NCBI GenBank assembly: GCA_964035575.1
Contig: OZ037840.1
Span: 1,364,001-1,428,000 of the forward strand
Reading direction: 5' to 3'
DNA: 64,000 nt
Source of the DNA: Rhynchopus sp. YZ270_cl-10
Lineage: Eukaryota
Shown here: positions 24,666 to 37,461 of the stretch, one piece after another
Layout: every line of letters begins with the position of its first letter
How positions within the stretch are numbered: position 1 is the first letter of the stretch
The notes under the pieces: model-generated
The model's database searches: none
The model's input: only the letters and a program-made list of their open reading frames with translations
Told to the model about the DNA's origin: nothing
Position numbers and translations under genes: made by a program

Positions 24666-25968
24666 GTGGGGATGCGTTCAAGAATTAAACTCTTCCCCCG
24701 AAACCCCCTTTCATCTCTAGTTTTCTTTGTCCAAACGTCGAGTGGACGCGTAATTTTTTTTTTTTTTTTTTTTTCATTTTTATCGTTTCAGTGCTATCAA
24801 TGTATTGATTGCGCAGTATTATGTTGAAATACTAATTTTTAATTTGTCTCCGTCCCACCCACTACAGCCCACCCCATTCCTCCGAACATTGTTCGGTTGT
24901 CTTGAAAGTCGCCACAAACCGTCTTTTTTCTCCTTTTTTTTTTCTCCCTTTGCTACAAAAAAAAAAAAAAAACAAAGACGGGAGGTGTCGCTTTTGAGCG
25001 TCCTTTGTGTGCTTTCTATTCTTTGAATGGAAAGTACATGAAATTAGTTTTGTTACATTTAGCAAGATGTGTACAGATACGTTCATGTTTCAAAAACAAT
25101 ATATTTTTGCTTCATGACAGTCTTGGCAGATCTTACGAACTATTTGTCGTCCTTTCTTTTTTGTGCTTCCTTCTTTTGCTTTCATCCGGATGGCTGGCAT
25201 CATACGTGGGTCAGTCGGAGGTGCCTGCATCAACAACTACTATTTCCCCCTGCAAAACAACACAATCCGGGTGTTCGATAACCCCACGGATCCTCACTGG
25301 CTGCATATCAGAGACGTTTTGCCCTATCTCTTTTCCACCCATACTTCCCCTTGTCAGAATGGCCCACTAGGTAGCGAAGAGACCTCGGTCCCTTCCCCTG
25401 CCTGTTCCATGGCCTGGTTTTGCTGCTAAAGGAAGAACAATAAAAGCCACCCCTTTCCCCCCCACTGTTTTTTTAGGTCACCTTTTGGTGCTGCCTTCAA
25501 CTCTTTAATAACTCCCTCCCCCTTTGCTAATCGAGCACAACTCGGGTTTTGTACGAACCTTCCTGGGCGATTGTTTCATAACCATGGAGTTACATGAATA
25601 GAAGAAAGTTTGTACTGTCTGATGATGCTGTCTGAACCTCTTCTGTGTCACTAGCACAGCGCACAGTAGGTCGAGTATTTGTGGCCATTGCTCAAAGGTG
25701 TGAAGGTTTGATGCTCCCATGGAAACCCCCTACCCTCTACTGCACAGTTGCACAGTAATGCGAGAGTACAACTGACTCGGAACAGCTTTGGAGTGGGCTT
25801 GCCTCCCGAGGTGTATGCACCTTCTGTGCTGCAATATAGGAACTATGTTCTGCTCCTCGTGTTCCCAGTGAGAACTGAATCACGCCGAGCTTGTTGACTG
25901 TCTGTGTGCTTGCACCCCACACTCACTCCAGATAAGCCATACACCCTTTGCAACACACTCTCCACACC

Positions 25969-27543
25969 ATGTATTCAGTTCTTGTGGCAGCCATGGCGCT
26001 GCACGCTGGTGTGCACAACCTCGACAATAGCAGTGGCATCGTGGACTGGCTTCTTCCCGGGCAAATTGCCGACACGGTCTGGACTGTTTCCTGTGACGGC
26101 ACGTTTGTGGTGCAGTACTTGAACGACTTTGGTGGCGAGTTCATCATCAGCATCGACGGGAAAGAGGAGTCACGTGTCAGTGGTGAGCACACGACACTGA
26201 CGAAAACAAGCTTTTCAGCAAACACAACTGTGTCGATGACTGCGAGTGTGAAGTCGCATGGGAACAAGAAGGTTCTGTTCTCGTGGGCCTGTGACGCTAT
26301 GCCTGCTGCTCTTCCATCAACACTGAACACTGCTGGGGATGTGAGCCACATGAAGTACGGGCCAAGTGAGTTGGTGTACTGGACCCTGCAGTGCAAGGAA
26401 CACGAAGACGTGCGCATCACCTGGACGTCTTTCAACATTGGCAACGACTCTCTGTGGATGAGGGCCCGGCCCACCTTCTTCAACGCGACAGGTTTGGACA
26501 CTGTTGAGGACTTCACCTTCACTTCGACAGGATCCACCTACGTGTTCTTCAAAAGTGAGGCTGGCAGTGATGGTGGTGACTTTGCCTTCCGTTACGAGTG
26601 TCTGTCGAACGACATTGTACTGCCGAGCAGTGGCATCGTGGACAGGTTGCTTCCCGCAAAGATCGCTGACACCGTCTGGACTGTTTCTTGTCGCGGCATC
26701 TTTGTGGTGCAGTACTTGAACGACTTTGGTGGCGACTTCATCATCAGCATCGACGGGAATGAGAACTTACGTGTCAGTGGTGAGGACAGCAGAGTTACCA
26801 AACTGTACTTTCCAACACACGCAACTGCGTCGATGACTGCGAGTGTGAAGACTGGGAACAAGAAGGTGCTGTTCTCGTGGGCCTGTGACGCTATGCCTGC
26901 TGCTCTTCCATCAACACTGAACACTGCTGGGGATGTGAGCCACATGAAGTACGGGCCGAATGAGCTGGTGTACTGGGTTCTGCAGTGCAAGGAACACGAA
27001 GAAGTGAACATCACCTGGACGTCTTTCGACATTGGCAACGACTCTCTGTGGATGGTGCAGAGAGAGAGCGGAGTCTGGACCACCTTCTTCAACGCGTCTG
27101 GTTTGGACACTGTTGAGGACTTCACCTTCACTTCGGCAGGATCCACCTTCGTGGTGTTCACCAGTGAGGCTGGCAGTGATGGTGGTGACTTTGCCTTCCG
27201 TTACGAGTGTCTGTCCACACCTGCGCCTCCCACAGCAGAACCGCCGGCTACACCGACAGGAGCACCAACAGCACTGCCGACAGCAGATCTTGACACAAAG
27301 GGAGCGTTTGCGTCTACTGATTCAGACGACGGAGGGCTCTCTGTGGGTGCCATTATCGGTATCAGTGTCGGTGTGGGTCTTGTTGCGATTGCGGCTGTGG
27401 TGCTCGTGGTGTGCTATGTGGCAAGGAAGCAAACGACCAGAGCACCTAAATCCCCTAATGCATTCAACGAGTACAGCAAGGCGTATCCCTGTGCTCAGGG
27501 CAAAGAGCTCCCGGGGAGTTATGGCGAACAAAGCGTTGTGTAG
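25969..27543 (+). CDS. CUB-like type I membrane protein, copy 5
   Basis: Identical translation to copy 1. Confidence 0.88.
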   Translation: MYSVLVAAMALHAGVHNLDNSSGIVDWLLPGQIADTVWTVSCDGTFVVQYLNDFGGEFIISIDGKEESRVSGEHTTLTKTSFSANTTVSMTASVKSHGNKKVLFSWACDAMPAALPSTLNTAGDVSHMKYGPSELVYWTLQCKEHEDVRITWTSFNIGNDSLWMRARPTFFNATGLDTVEDFTFTSTGSTYVFFKSEAGSDGGDFAFRYECLSNDIVLPSSGIVDRLLPAKIADTVWTVSCRGIFVVQYLNDFGGDFIISIDGNENLRVSGEDSRVTKLYFPTHATASMTASVKTGNKKVLFSWACDAMPAALPSTLNTAGDVSHMKYGPNELVYWVLQCKEHEEVNITWTSFDIGNDSLWMVQRESGVWTTFFNASGLDTVEDFTFTSAGSTFVVFTSEAGSDGGDFAFRYECLSTPAPPTAEPPATPTGAPTALPTADLDTKGAFASTDSDDGGLSVGAIIGISVGVGLVAIAAVVLVVCYVARKQTTRAPKSPNAFNEYSKAYPCAQGKELPGSYGEQSVV

Positions 27544-28832
27544 AGGAAAGAACTTTGAAAAGAGAGTTAAAAGTCCCTGAAACCGATGAGTGATAAGAGT
27601 TAGAGCCCCGTTCAAACCTGCTGCCAAACTTGGCCGTAGGACGTCAGGTCGTATTCGTGGCACCTACCTTGTCTTTGTATTGCTCCTACTAGACTTGCTG
27701 TAGTGTTTCTTGTTGTTCACCCTTCAGCTCTACAGCCCTTTTTTTTTTAATTTTGTACAGTATTCCTGACAGAGATGGAGATAGATTTGGGGTTTTCAAA
27801 AAAGACCCGGTCTGAGCTTTTTAGGGTCAAAATTTTTTTTCCGACCGATTTTCTCCCAAATACCTTTTTTTTTTATTTTTTCCAGACCGGGTTTTTTGCC
27901 AAAATCCCATTTTTTTTTTTTTTTTACTGTTTGTGTTATAAATAGTAAGTATATGAATGTATTTTTTTTTTTTTTTTTTTTTTTGGCCCGGTCTTGCGAC
28001 CGGGTCAATAGATGCACCTCCAACCCTGAATTTCCTGATTCACCCAATAATGGTTTTGTCATCTGTGTCCAAGTTATGCTTCGCGGTACACGAGACTTCT
28101 TCGCAGCGTGTTTCAACCTTTTTTCGTTGTGATAGCTCTATTTCTTTGTTTTTGTTTTTTTCCCCTTCTTTTCTGGTAGCAGTAGATTTGAACTCGTTTT
28201 ATGTTGTATTCCTGAGGAACGTACGCTCCATCTGGGAATGCTGAATTCCCACAATGACGTAAGTTTGTCAAGCGAATACCTTTTTCTCGAGAAACTAAAT
28301 ACCTGTACTTTATCGTCGGTGTGTTGTCTGGCAAACGGAATATACCACCCATGTATTTTCTGGTCTATTTTTTTTCCGTACACGGTATTACATTTTCTAA
28401 CTTCCCTTTTTGTGTTCCACGTGACCAGTGAGGCACATAAGCCTTTGTGAAGTCACGTATTTCTCTTATCGGCATGCTTTGTGATGTACGAATCCCCTTT
28501 TTCTTTGGGACTACAGAGTCACACGTGTCCTCCCCATGCAGTTGAGTCTCCTTGGGATCGAGCGAGCTCAACGACAGTGGTGAACTGGACCCAGCACTTT
28601 GTATGCCTTGGCCGCCATGTTTATTTTAATTTTTTTATAAGACATGTGTGCATTTCTAGTGAAATTTTTCAGTATCCACGAGTCGTTTTTTCCCTCCCGT
28701 GCTCCCCATCTCTCACACATACATTACATCTTCATCAGGAAAATTGTCAATTTTTCGTTCATTATTGTGAACAGCGTTTGGTGTTTTTTCAAAAAAAAAA
28801 AAAAAAAAAAATGTGTGACTGAGTGTGGGGAT

Positions 28833-29624
28833 CAGGGGTCCTAAGAGTGGTAACTTTTACCACTTCTGAAGTGACCTTTTTTATTTTTTTGAAATCCGAA
28901 GGTCACTTCGAAGTGACCTTCGAAAAGTGCCCTAAAAAGTGACCTTTTTATTTTTATTTTTTGAAATCCGGTGTCACGAAGTGACCTCGGATGCTTAACA
29001 TACACCGGGAACACGTTGGAGGGTCCGGGAATTTTTTTCTTTTTTGCCAAGATCAGGGGTCTGCAGGGCTGCAGGTTGCCACAATTTTAAGCGCATTTTT
29101 TTGAAATGTTGCGTACCGTGGCTTCGCCAGAAACTTTCGTTTTAGCAAAATACGTAAGTAATTTACGTAAACTGACGATAATTACCAACGACAGTGCCAT
29201 TTTATGTCAACATTTTTTAGAAATGTTGCGTACCGTGACTTCGCCAGGAACCTTTGGGTGACATGACCGCCGCTTCTTTTATAGATGTACTGAGGTTACT
29301 GATAAGAAGGCCGACACCCACTAAACATCTGCCAAAACATCTGCCTATGGCTGTGTTGTGTTATTCGTGGTAAGAAGCGTAACGGTGGCACCAGACTGCG
29401 AGACCGCGAAATTGCCTCACAAAAAAAAATCGTATCTAGTACTCTGTCCCTATGATACGGCGATAACCAACGTCCGGTGTATGTCCGAGGAATTTGCACC
29501 TTTTCGACCTCACTTTTGTTGTTCCTCTGAGGGGGGAAAGTTTTTTTTTTCCCTCCCCAAAAAACGAGAAGTGACCTTGAAGTTACCATTTTTAATTTTT
29601 TTGAGAACAGCGTTAGGACCCCTG
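28833..29624. mobile_element. hAT-type MITE (array copy)
   Basis: Same TIR/TSD as 4038-4829. Confidence 0.9.
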
Positions 29625-30927
29625 GTGGGGATGCGTTCAAGAATTAAACTCTTCCCCCGAAACCCCCTTTCATCTCTCGTTTTCTTTGTCCAAACGTCGA
29701 GTGGACGCGTAATTTTTTTTTTTTTTTTTTTTTCATTTTTATCGTTTCAGTGCTATCAATGTATTGATTGCGCAGTATTATGTTGAAATACTAATTTTTA
29801 ATTTGTCTCCGTCCCACCCACTACAGCCCACCCCATTCCTCCGAACATTGTTCGGTTGTCTTGAAAGTCGCCACAAACCGTCTTTTTTCTCCTTTTTTTT
29901 TTCTCCCTTTGCTACAAAAAAAAAAAAAAAACAAAGACGGGAGGTGTCGCTTTTGAGCGTCCTTTGTGTGCTTTCTATTCTTTGAATGGAAAGTACATGA
30001 AATTAGTTTTGTTACATTTAGCAAGATGTGTACAGATACGTTCATGTTTCAAAAACAATATATTTTTGCTTCATGACAGTCTTGGCAGATCTTACGAACT
30101 ATTTGTCGTCCTTTCTTTTTTGTGCTTCCTTCTTTTGCTTTCATCCGGATGGCTGGCATCATACGTGGGTCAGTCGGAGGTGCCTGCATCAACAACTACT
30201 ATTTCCCCCTGCAAAACAACACAATCCGGGTGTTCGATAACCCCACGGATCCTCACTGGCTGCATATCAGAGACGTTTTGCCCTATCTCTTTTCCACCCA
30301 TACTTCCCCTTGTCAGAATGGCCCACTAGGTAGCGAAGAGACCTCGGTCCCTTCCCCTGCCTGTTCCATGGCCTGGTTTTGCTGCTAAAGGAAGAACAAT
30401 AAAAGCCACCCCTTTCCCCCCCACTGTTTTTTTAGGTCACCTTTTGGTGCTGCCTTCAACTCTTTAATAACTCCCTCCCCCTTTGCTAATCGAGCACAAC
30501 TCGGGTTTTGTACGAACCTTCCTGGGCGATTGTTTCATAACCATGGAGTTACATGAATAGAAGAAAGTTTGTACTGTCTGATGATGCTGTCTGAACCTCT
30601 TCTGTGTCACTAGCACAGCGCACAGTAGGTCGAGTATTTGTGGCCATTGCTCAAAGGTGTGAAGGTTTGATGCTCCCATGGAAACCCCCTACCCTCTACT
30701 GCACAGTTGCACAGTAATGCGAGAGTACAACTGACTCGGAACAGCTTTGGAGTGGGCTTGCCTCCCGAGGTGTATGCACCTTCTGTGCTGCAATATAGGA
30801 ACTATGTTCTGCTCCTCGTGTTCCCAGTGAGAACTGAATCACGCCGAGCTTGTTGACTGTCTGTGTGCTTGCACCCCACACTCACTCCAGATAAGCCATA
30901 CACCCTTTGCAACACACTCTCCACACC

Positions 30928-32502
30928 ATGTATTCAGTTCTTGTGGCAGCCATGGCGCTGCACGCTGGTGTGCACAACCTCGACAATAGCAGTGGCATCG
31001 TGGACTGGCTTCTTCCCGGGCAAATTGCCGACACGGTCTGGACTGTTTCCTGTGACGGCACGTTTGTGGTGCAGTACTTGAACGACTTTGGTGGCGAGTT
31101 CATCATCAGCATCGACGGGAAAGAGGAGTCACGTGTCAGTGGTGAGCACACGACACTGACGAAAACAAGCTTTTCAGCAAACACAACTGTGTCGATGACT
31201 GCGAGTGTGAAGTCGCATGGGAACAAGAAGGTTCTGTTCTCGTGGGCCTGTGACGCTATGCCTGCTGCTCTTCCATCAACACTGAACACTGCTGGGGATG
31301 TGAGCCACATGAAGTACGGGCCAAGTGAGTTGGTGTACTGGACCCTGCAGTGCAAGGAACACGAAGACGTGCGCATCACCTGGACGTCTTTCAACATTGG
31401 CAACGACTCTCTGTGGATGAGGGCCCGGCCCACCTTCTTCAACGCGACAGGTTTGGACACTGTTGAGGACTTCACCTTCACTTCGACAGGATCCACCTAC
31501 GTGTTCTTCAAAAGTGAGGCTGGCAGTGATGGTGGTGACTTTGCCTTCCGTTACGAGTGTCTGTCGAACGACATTGTACTGCCGAGCAGTGGCATCGTGG
31601 ACAGGTTGCTTCCCGCAAAGATCGCTGACACCGTCTGGACTGTTTCTTGTCGCGGCATCTTTGTGGTGCAGTACTTGAACGACTTTGGTGGCGACTTCAT
31701 CATCAGCATCGACGGGAATGAGAACTTACGTGTCAGTGGTGAGGACAGCAGAGTTACCAAACTGTACTTTCCAACACACGCAACTGCGTCGATGACTGCG
31801 AGTGTGAAGACTGGGAACAAGAAGGTGCTGTTCTCGTGGGCCTGTGACGCTATGCCTGCTGCTCTTCCATCAACACTGAACACTGCTGGGGATGTGAGCC
31901 ACATGAAGTACGGGCCGAATGAGCTGGTGTACTGGGTTCTGCAGTGCAAGGAACACGAAGAAGTGAACATCACCTGGACGTCTTTCGACATTGGCAACGA
32001 CTCTCTGTGGATGGTGCAGAGAGAGAGCGGAGTCTGGACCACCTTCTTCAACGCGTCTGGTTTGGACACTGTTGAGGACTTCACCTTCACTTCGGCAGGA
32101 TCCACCTTCGTGGTGTTCACCAGTGAGGCTGGCAGTGATGGTGGTGACTTTGCCTTCCGTTACGAGTGTCTGTCCACACCTGCGCCTCCCACAGCAGAAC
32201 CGCCGGCTACACCGACAGGAGCACCAACAGCACTGCCGACAGCAGATCTTGACACAAAGGGAGCGTTTGCGTCTACTGATTCAGACGACGGAGGGCTCTC
32301 TGTGGGTGCCATTATCGGTATCAGTGTCGGTGTGGGTCTTGTTGCGATTGCGGCTGTGGTGCTCGTGGTGTGCTATGTGGCAAGGAAGCAAACGACCAGA
32401 GCACCTAAATCCCCTAATGCATTCAACGAGTACAGCAAGGCGTATCCCTGTGCTCAGGGCAAAGAGCTCCCGGGGAGTTATGGCGAACAAAGCGTTGTGT
32501 AG
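30928..32502 (+). CDS. CUB-like type I membrane protein, copy 6
   Basis: Identical translation to copy 1. Confidence 0.88.
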   Translation: MYSVLVAAMALHAGVHNLDNSSGIVDWLLPGQIADTVWTVSCDGTFVVQYLNDFGGEFIISIDGKEESRVSGEHTTLTKTSFSANTTVSMTASVKSHGNKKVLFSWACDAMPAALPSTLNTAGDVSHMKYGPSELVYWTLQCKEHEDVRITWTSFNIGNDSLWMRARPTFFNATGLDTVEDFTFTSTGSTYVFFKSEAGSDGGDFAFRYECLSNDIVLPSSGIVDRLLPAKIADTVWTVSCRGIFVVQYLNDFGGDFIISIDGNENLRVSGEDSRVTKLYFPTHATASMTASVKTGNKKVLFSWACDAMPAALPSTLNTAGDVSHMKYGPNELVYWVLQCKEHEEVNITWTSFDIGNDSLWMVQRESGVWTTFFNASGLDTVEDFTFTSAGSTFVVFTSEAGSDGGDFAFRYECLSTPAPPTAEPPATPTGAPTALPTADLDTKGAFASTDSDDGGLSVGAIIGISVGVGLVAIAAVVLVVCYVARKQTTRAPKSPNAFNEYSKAYPCAQGKELPGSYGEQSVV

Positions 32503-33791
32503 AGGAAAGAACTTTGAAAAGAGAGTTAAAAGTCCCTGAAACCGATGAGTGATAAGAGTTAGAGCCCCGTTCAAACCTGCTGCCAAACTTGGCCGTAGGA
32601 CGTCAGGTCGTATTCGTGGCACCTACCTTGTCTTTGTATTGCTCCTACTAGACTTGCTGTAGTGTTTCTTGTTGTTCACCCTTCAGCTCTACAGCCCTTT
32701 TTTTTTTAATTTTGTACAGTATTCCTGACAGAGATGGAGATAGATTTGGGGTTTTCAAAAAAGACCCGGTCTGAGCTTTTTAGGGTCAAAATTTTTTTTC
32801 CGACCGATTTTCTCCCAAATACCTTTTTTTTTTATTTTTTCCAGACCGGGTTTTTTGCCAAAATCCCATTTTTTTTTTTTTTTTACTGTTTGTGTTATAA
32901 ATAGTAAGTATATGAATGTATTTTTTTTTTTTTTTTTTTTTTTGGCCCGGTCTTGCGACCGGGTCAATAGATGCACCTCCAACCCTGAATTTCCTGATTC
33001 ACCCAATAATGGTTTTGTCATCTGTGTCCAAGTTATGCTTCGCGGTACACGAGACTTCTTCGCAGCGTGTTTCAACCTTTTTTCGTTGTGATAGCTCTAT
33101 TTCTTTGTTTTTGTTTTTTTCCCCTTCTTTTCTGGTAGCAGTAGATTTGAACTCGTTTTATGTTGTATTCCTGAGGAACGTACGCTCCATCTGGGAATGC
33201 TGAATTCCCACAATGACGTAAGTTTGTCAAGCGAATACCTTTTTCTCGAGAAACTAAATACCTGTACTTTATCGTCGGTGTGTTGTCTGGCAAACGGAAT
33301 ATACCACCCATGTATTTTCTGGTCTATTTTTTTTCCGTACACGGTATTACATTTTCTAACTTCCCTTTTTGTGTTCCACGTGACCAGTGAGGCACATAAG
33401 CCTTTGTGAAGTCACGTATTTCTCTTATCGGCATGCTTTGTGATGTACGAATCCCCTTTTTCTTTGGGACTACAGAGTCACACGTGTCCTCCCCATGCAG
33501 TTGAGTCTCCTTGGGATCGAGCGAGCTCAACGACAGTGGTGAACTGGACCCAGCACTTTGTATGCCTTGGCCGCCATGTTTATTTTAATTTTTTTATAAG
33601 ACATGTGTGCATTTCTAGTGAAATTTTTCAGTATCCACGAGTCGTTTTTTCCCTCCCGTGCTCCCCATCTCTCACACATACATTACATCTTCATCAGGAA
33701 AATTGTCAATTTTTCGTTCATTATTGTGAACAGCGTTTGGTGTTTTTTCAAAAAAAAAAAAAAAAAAAAATGTGTGACTGAGTGTGGGGAT

Positions 33792-34583
33792 CAGGGGTCC
33801 TAAGAGTGGTAACTTTTACCACTTCTGAAGTGACCTTTTTTATTTTTTTGAAATCCGAAGGTCACTTCGAAGTGACCTTCGAAAAGTGCCCTAAAAAGTG
33901 ACCTTTTTATTTTTATTTTTTGAAATCCGGTGTCACGAAGTGACCTCGGATGCTTAACATACACCGGGAACACGTTGGAGGGTCCGGGAATTTTTTTCTT
34001 TTTTGCCAAGATCAGGGGTCTGCAGGGCTGCAGGTTGCCACAATTTTAAGCGCATTTTTTTGAAATGTTGCGTACCGTGGCTTCGCCAGAAACTTTCGTT
34101 TTAGCAAAATACGTAAGTAATTTACGTAAACTGACGATAATTACCAACGACAGTGCCATTTTATGTCAACATTTTTTAGAAATGTTGCGTACCGTGACTT
34201 CGCCAGGAACCTTTGGGTGACATGACCGCCGCTTCTTTTATAGATGTACTGAGGTTACTGATAAGAAGGCCGACACCCACTAAACATCTGCCAAAACATC
34301 TGCCTATGGCTGTGTTGTGTTATTCGTGGTAAGAAGCGTAACGGTGGCACCAGACTGCGAGACCGCGAAATTGCCTCACAAAAAAAAATCGTATCTAGTA
34401 CTCTGTCCCTATGATACGGCGATAACCAACGTCCGGTGTATGTCCGAGGAATTTGCACCTTTTCGACCTCACTTTTGTTGTTCCTCTGAGGGGGGAAAGT
34501 TTTTTTTTTCCCTCCCCAAAAAACGAGAAGTGACCTTGAAGTTACCATTTTTAATTTTTTTGAGAACAGCGTTAGGACCCCTG
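33792..34583. mobile_element. hAT-type MITE (array copy)
   Basis: Same TIR/TSD as 4038-4829. Confidence 0.9.
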
Positions 34584-35886
34584 GTGGGGATGCGTTCAAG
34601 AATTAAACTCTTCCCCCGAAACCCCCTTTCATCTCTAGTTTTCTTTGTCCAAACGTCGAGTGGACGCGTAATTTTTTTTTTTTTTTTTTTTTCATTTTTA
34701 TCGTTTCAGTGCTATCAATGTATTGATTGCGCAGTATTATGTTGAAATACTAATTTTTAATTTGTCTCCGTCCCACCCACTACAGCCCACCCCATTCCTC
34801 CGAACATTGTTCGGTTGTCTTGAAAGTCGCCACAAACCGTCTTTTTTCTCCTTTTTTTTTTCTCCCTTTGCTACAAAAAAAAAAAAAAAACAAAGACGGG
34901 AGGTGTCGCTTTTGAGCGTCCTTTGTGTGCTTTCTATTCTTTGAATGGAAAGTACATGAAATTAGTTTTGTTACATTTAGCAAGATGTGTACAGATACGT
35001 TCATGTTTCAAAAACAATATATTTTTGCTTCATGACAGTCTTGGCAGATCTTACGAACTATTTGTCGTCCTTTCTTTTTTGTGCTTCCTTCTTTTGCTTT
35101 CATCCGGATGGCTGGCATCATACGTGGGTCAGTCGGAGGTGCCTGCATCAACAACTACTATTTCCCCCTGCAAAACAACACAATCCGGGTGTTCGATAAC
35201 CCCACGGATCCTCACTGGCTGCATATCAGAGACGTTTTGCCCTATCTCTTTTCCACCCATACTTCCCCTTGTCAGAATGGCCCACTAGGTAGCGAAGAGA
35301 CCTCGGTCCCTTCCCCTGCCTGTTCCATGGCCTGGTTTTGCTGCTAAAGGAAGAACAATAAAAGCCACCCCTTTCCCCCCCACTGTTTTTTTAGGTCACC
35401 TTTTGGTGCTGCCTTCAACTCTTTAATAACTCCCTCCCCCTTTGCTAATCGAGCACAACTCGGGTTTTGTACGAACCTTCCTGGGCGATTGTTTCATAAC
35501 CATGGAGTTACATGAATAGAAGAAAGTTTGTACTGTCTGATGATGCTGTCTGAACCTCTTCTGTGTCACTAGCACAGCGCACAGTAGGTCGAGTATTTGT
35601 GGCCATTGCTCAAAGGTGTGAAGGTTTGATGCTCCCATGGAAACCCCCTACCCTCTACTGCACAGTTGCACAGTAATGCGAGAGTACAACTGACTCGGAA
35701 CAGCTTTGGAGTGGGCTTGCCTCCCGAGGTGTATGCACCTTCTGTGCTGCAATATAGGAACTATGTTCTGCTCCTCGTGTTCCCAGTGAGAACTGAATCA
35801 CGCCGAGCTTGTTGACTGTCTGTGTGCTTGCACCCCACACTCACTCCAGATAAGCCATACACCCTTTGCAACACACTCTCCACACC

Positions 35887-37461
35887 ATGTATTCAGTTCT
35901 TGTGGCAGCCATGGCGCTGCACGCTGGTGTGCACAACCTCGACAATAGCAGTGGCATCGTGGACTGGCTTCTTCCCGGGCAAATTGCCGACACGGTCTGG
36001 ACTGTTTCCTGTGACGGCACGTTTGTGGTGCAGTACTTGAACGACTTTGGTGGCGAGTTCATCATCAGCATCGACGGGAAAGAGGAGTCACGTGTCAGTG
36101 GTGAGCACACGACACTGACGAAAACAAGCTTTTCAGCAAACACAACTGTGTCGATGACTGCGAGTGTGAAGTCGCATGGGAACAAGAAGGTTCTGTTCTC
36201 GTGGGCCTGTGACGCTATGCCTGCTGCTCTTCCATCAACACTGAACACTGCTGGGGATGTGAGCCACATGAAGTACGGGCCAAGTGAGTTGGTGTACTGG
36301 ACCCTGCAGTGCAAGGAACACGAAGACGTGCGCATCACCTGGACGTCTTTCAACATTGGCAACGACTCTCTGTGGATGAGGGCCCGGCCCACCTTCTTCA
36401 ACGCGACAGGTTTGGACACTGTTGAGGACTTCACCTTCACTTCGACAGGATCCACCTACGTGTTCTTCAAAAGTGAGGCTGGCAGTGATGGTGGTGACTT
36501 TGCCTTCCGTTACGAGTGTCTGTCGAACGACATTGTACTGCCGAGCAGTGGCATCGTGGACAGGTTGCTTCCCGCAAAGATCGCTGACACCGTCTGGACT
36601 GTTTCTTGTCGCGGCATCTTTGTGGTGCAGTACTTGAACGACTTTGGTGGCGACTTCATCATCAGCATCGACGGGAATGAGAACTTACGTGTCAGTGGTG
36701 AGGACAGCAGAGTTACCAAACTGTACTTTCCAACACACGCAACTGCGTCGATGACTGCGAGTGTGAAGACTGGGAACAAGAAGGTGCTGTTCTCGTGGGC
36801 CTGTGACGCTATGCCTGCTGCTCTTCCATCAACACTGAACACTGCTGGGGATGTGAGCCACATGAAGTACGGGCCGAATGAGCTGGTGTACTGGGTTCTG
36901 CAGTGCAAGGAACACGAAGAAGTGAACATCACCTGGACGTCTTTCGACATTGGCAACGACTCTCTGTGGATGGTGCAGAGAGAGAGCGGAGTCTGGACCA
37001 CCTTCTTCAACGCGTCTGGTTTGGACACTGTTGAGGACTTCACCTTCACTTCGGCAGGATCCACCTTCGTGGTGTTCACCAGTGAGGCTGGCAGTGATGG
37101 TGGTGACTTTGCCTTCCGTTACGAGTGTCTGTCCACACCTGCGCCTCCCACAGCAGAACCGCCGGCTACACCGACAGGAGCACCAACAGCACTGCCGACA
37201 GCAGATCTTGACACAAAGGGAGCGTTTGCGTCTACTGATTCAGACGACGGAGGGCTCTCTGTGGGTGCCATTATCGGTATCAGTGTCGGTGTGGGTCTTG
37301 TTGCGATTGCGGCTGTGGTGCTCGTGGTGTGCTATGTGGCAAGGAAGCAAACGACCAGAGCACCTAAATCCCCTAATGCATTCAACGAGTACAGCAAGGC
37401 GTATCCCTGTGCTCAGGGCAAAGAGCTCCCGGGGAGTTATGGCGAACAAAGCGTTGTGTAG
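35887..37461 (+). CDS. CUB-like type I membrane protein, copy 7
   Basis: Identical translation to copy 1. Confidence 0.88.
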   Translation: MYSVLVAAMALHAGVHNLDNSSGIVDWLLPGQIADTVWTVSCDGTFVVQYLNDFGGEFIISIDGKEESRVSGEHTTLTKTSFSANTTVSMTASVKSHGNKKVLFSWACDAMPAALPSTLNTAGDVSHMKYGPSELVYWTLQCKEHEDVRITWTSFNIGNDSLWMRARPTFFNATGLDTVEDFTFTSTGSTYVFFKSEAGSDGGDFAFRYECLSNDIVLPSSGIVDRLLPAKIADTVWTVSCRGIFVVQYLNDFGGDFIISIDGNENLRVSGEDSRVTKLYFPTHATASMTASVKTGNKKVLFSWACDAMPAALPSTLNTAGDVSHMKYGPNELVYWVLQCKEHEEVNITWTSFDIGNDSLWMVQRESGVWTTFFNASGLDTVEDFTFTSAGSTFVVFTSEAGSDGGDFAFRYECLSTPAPPTAEPPATPTGAPTALPTADLDTKGAFASTDSDDGGLSVGAIIGISVGVGLVAIAAVVLVVCYVARKQTTRAPKSPNAFNEYSKAYPCAQGKELPGSYGEQSVV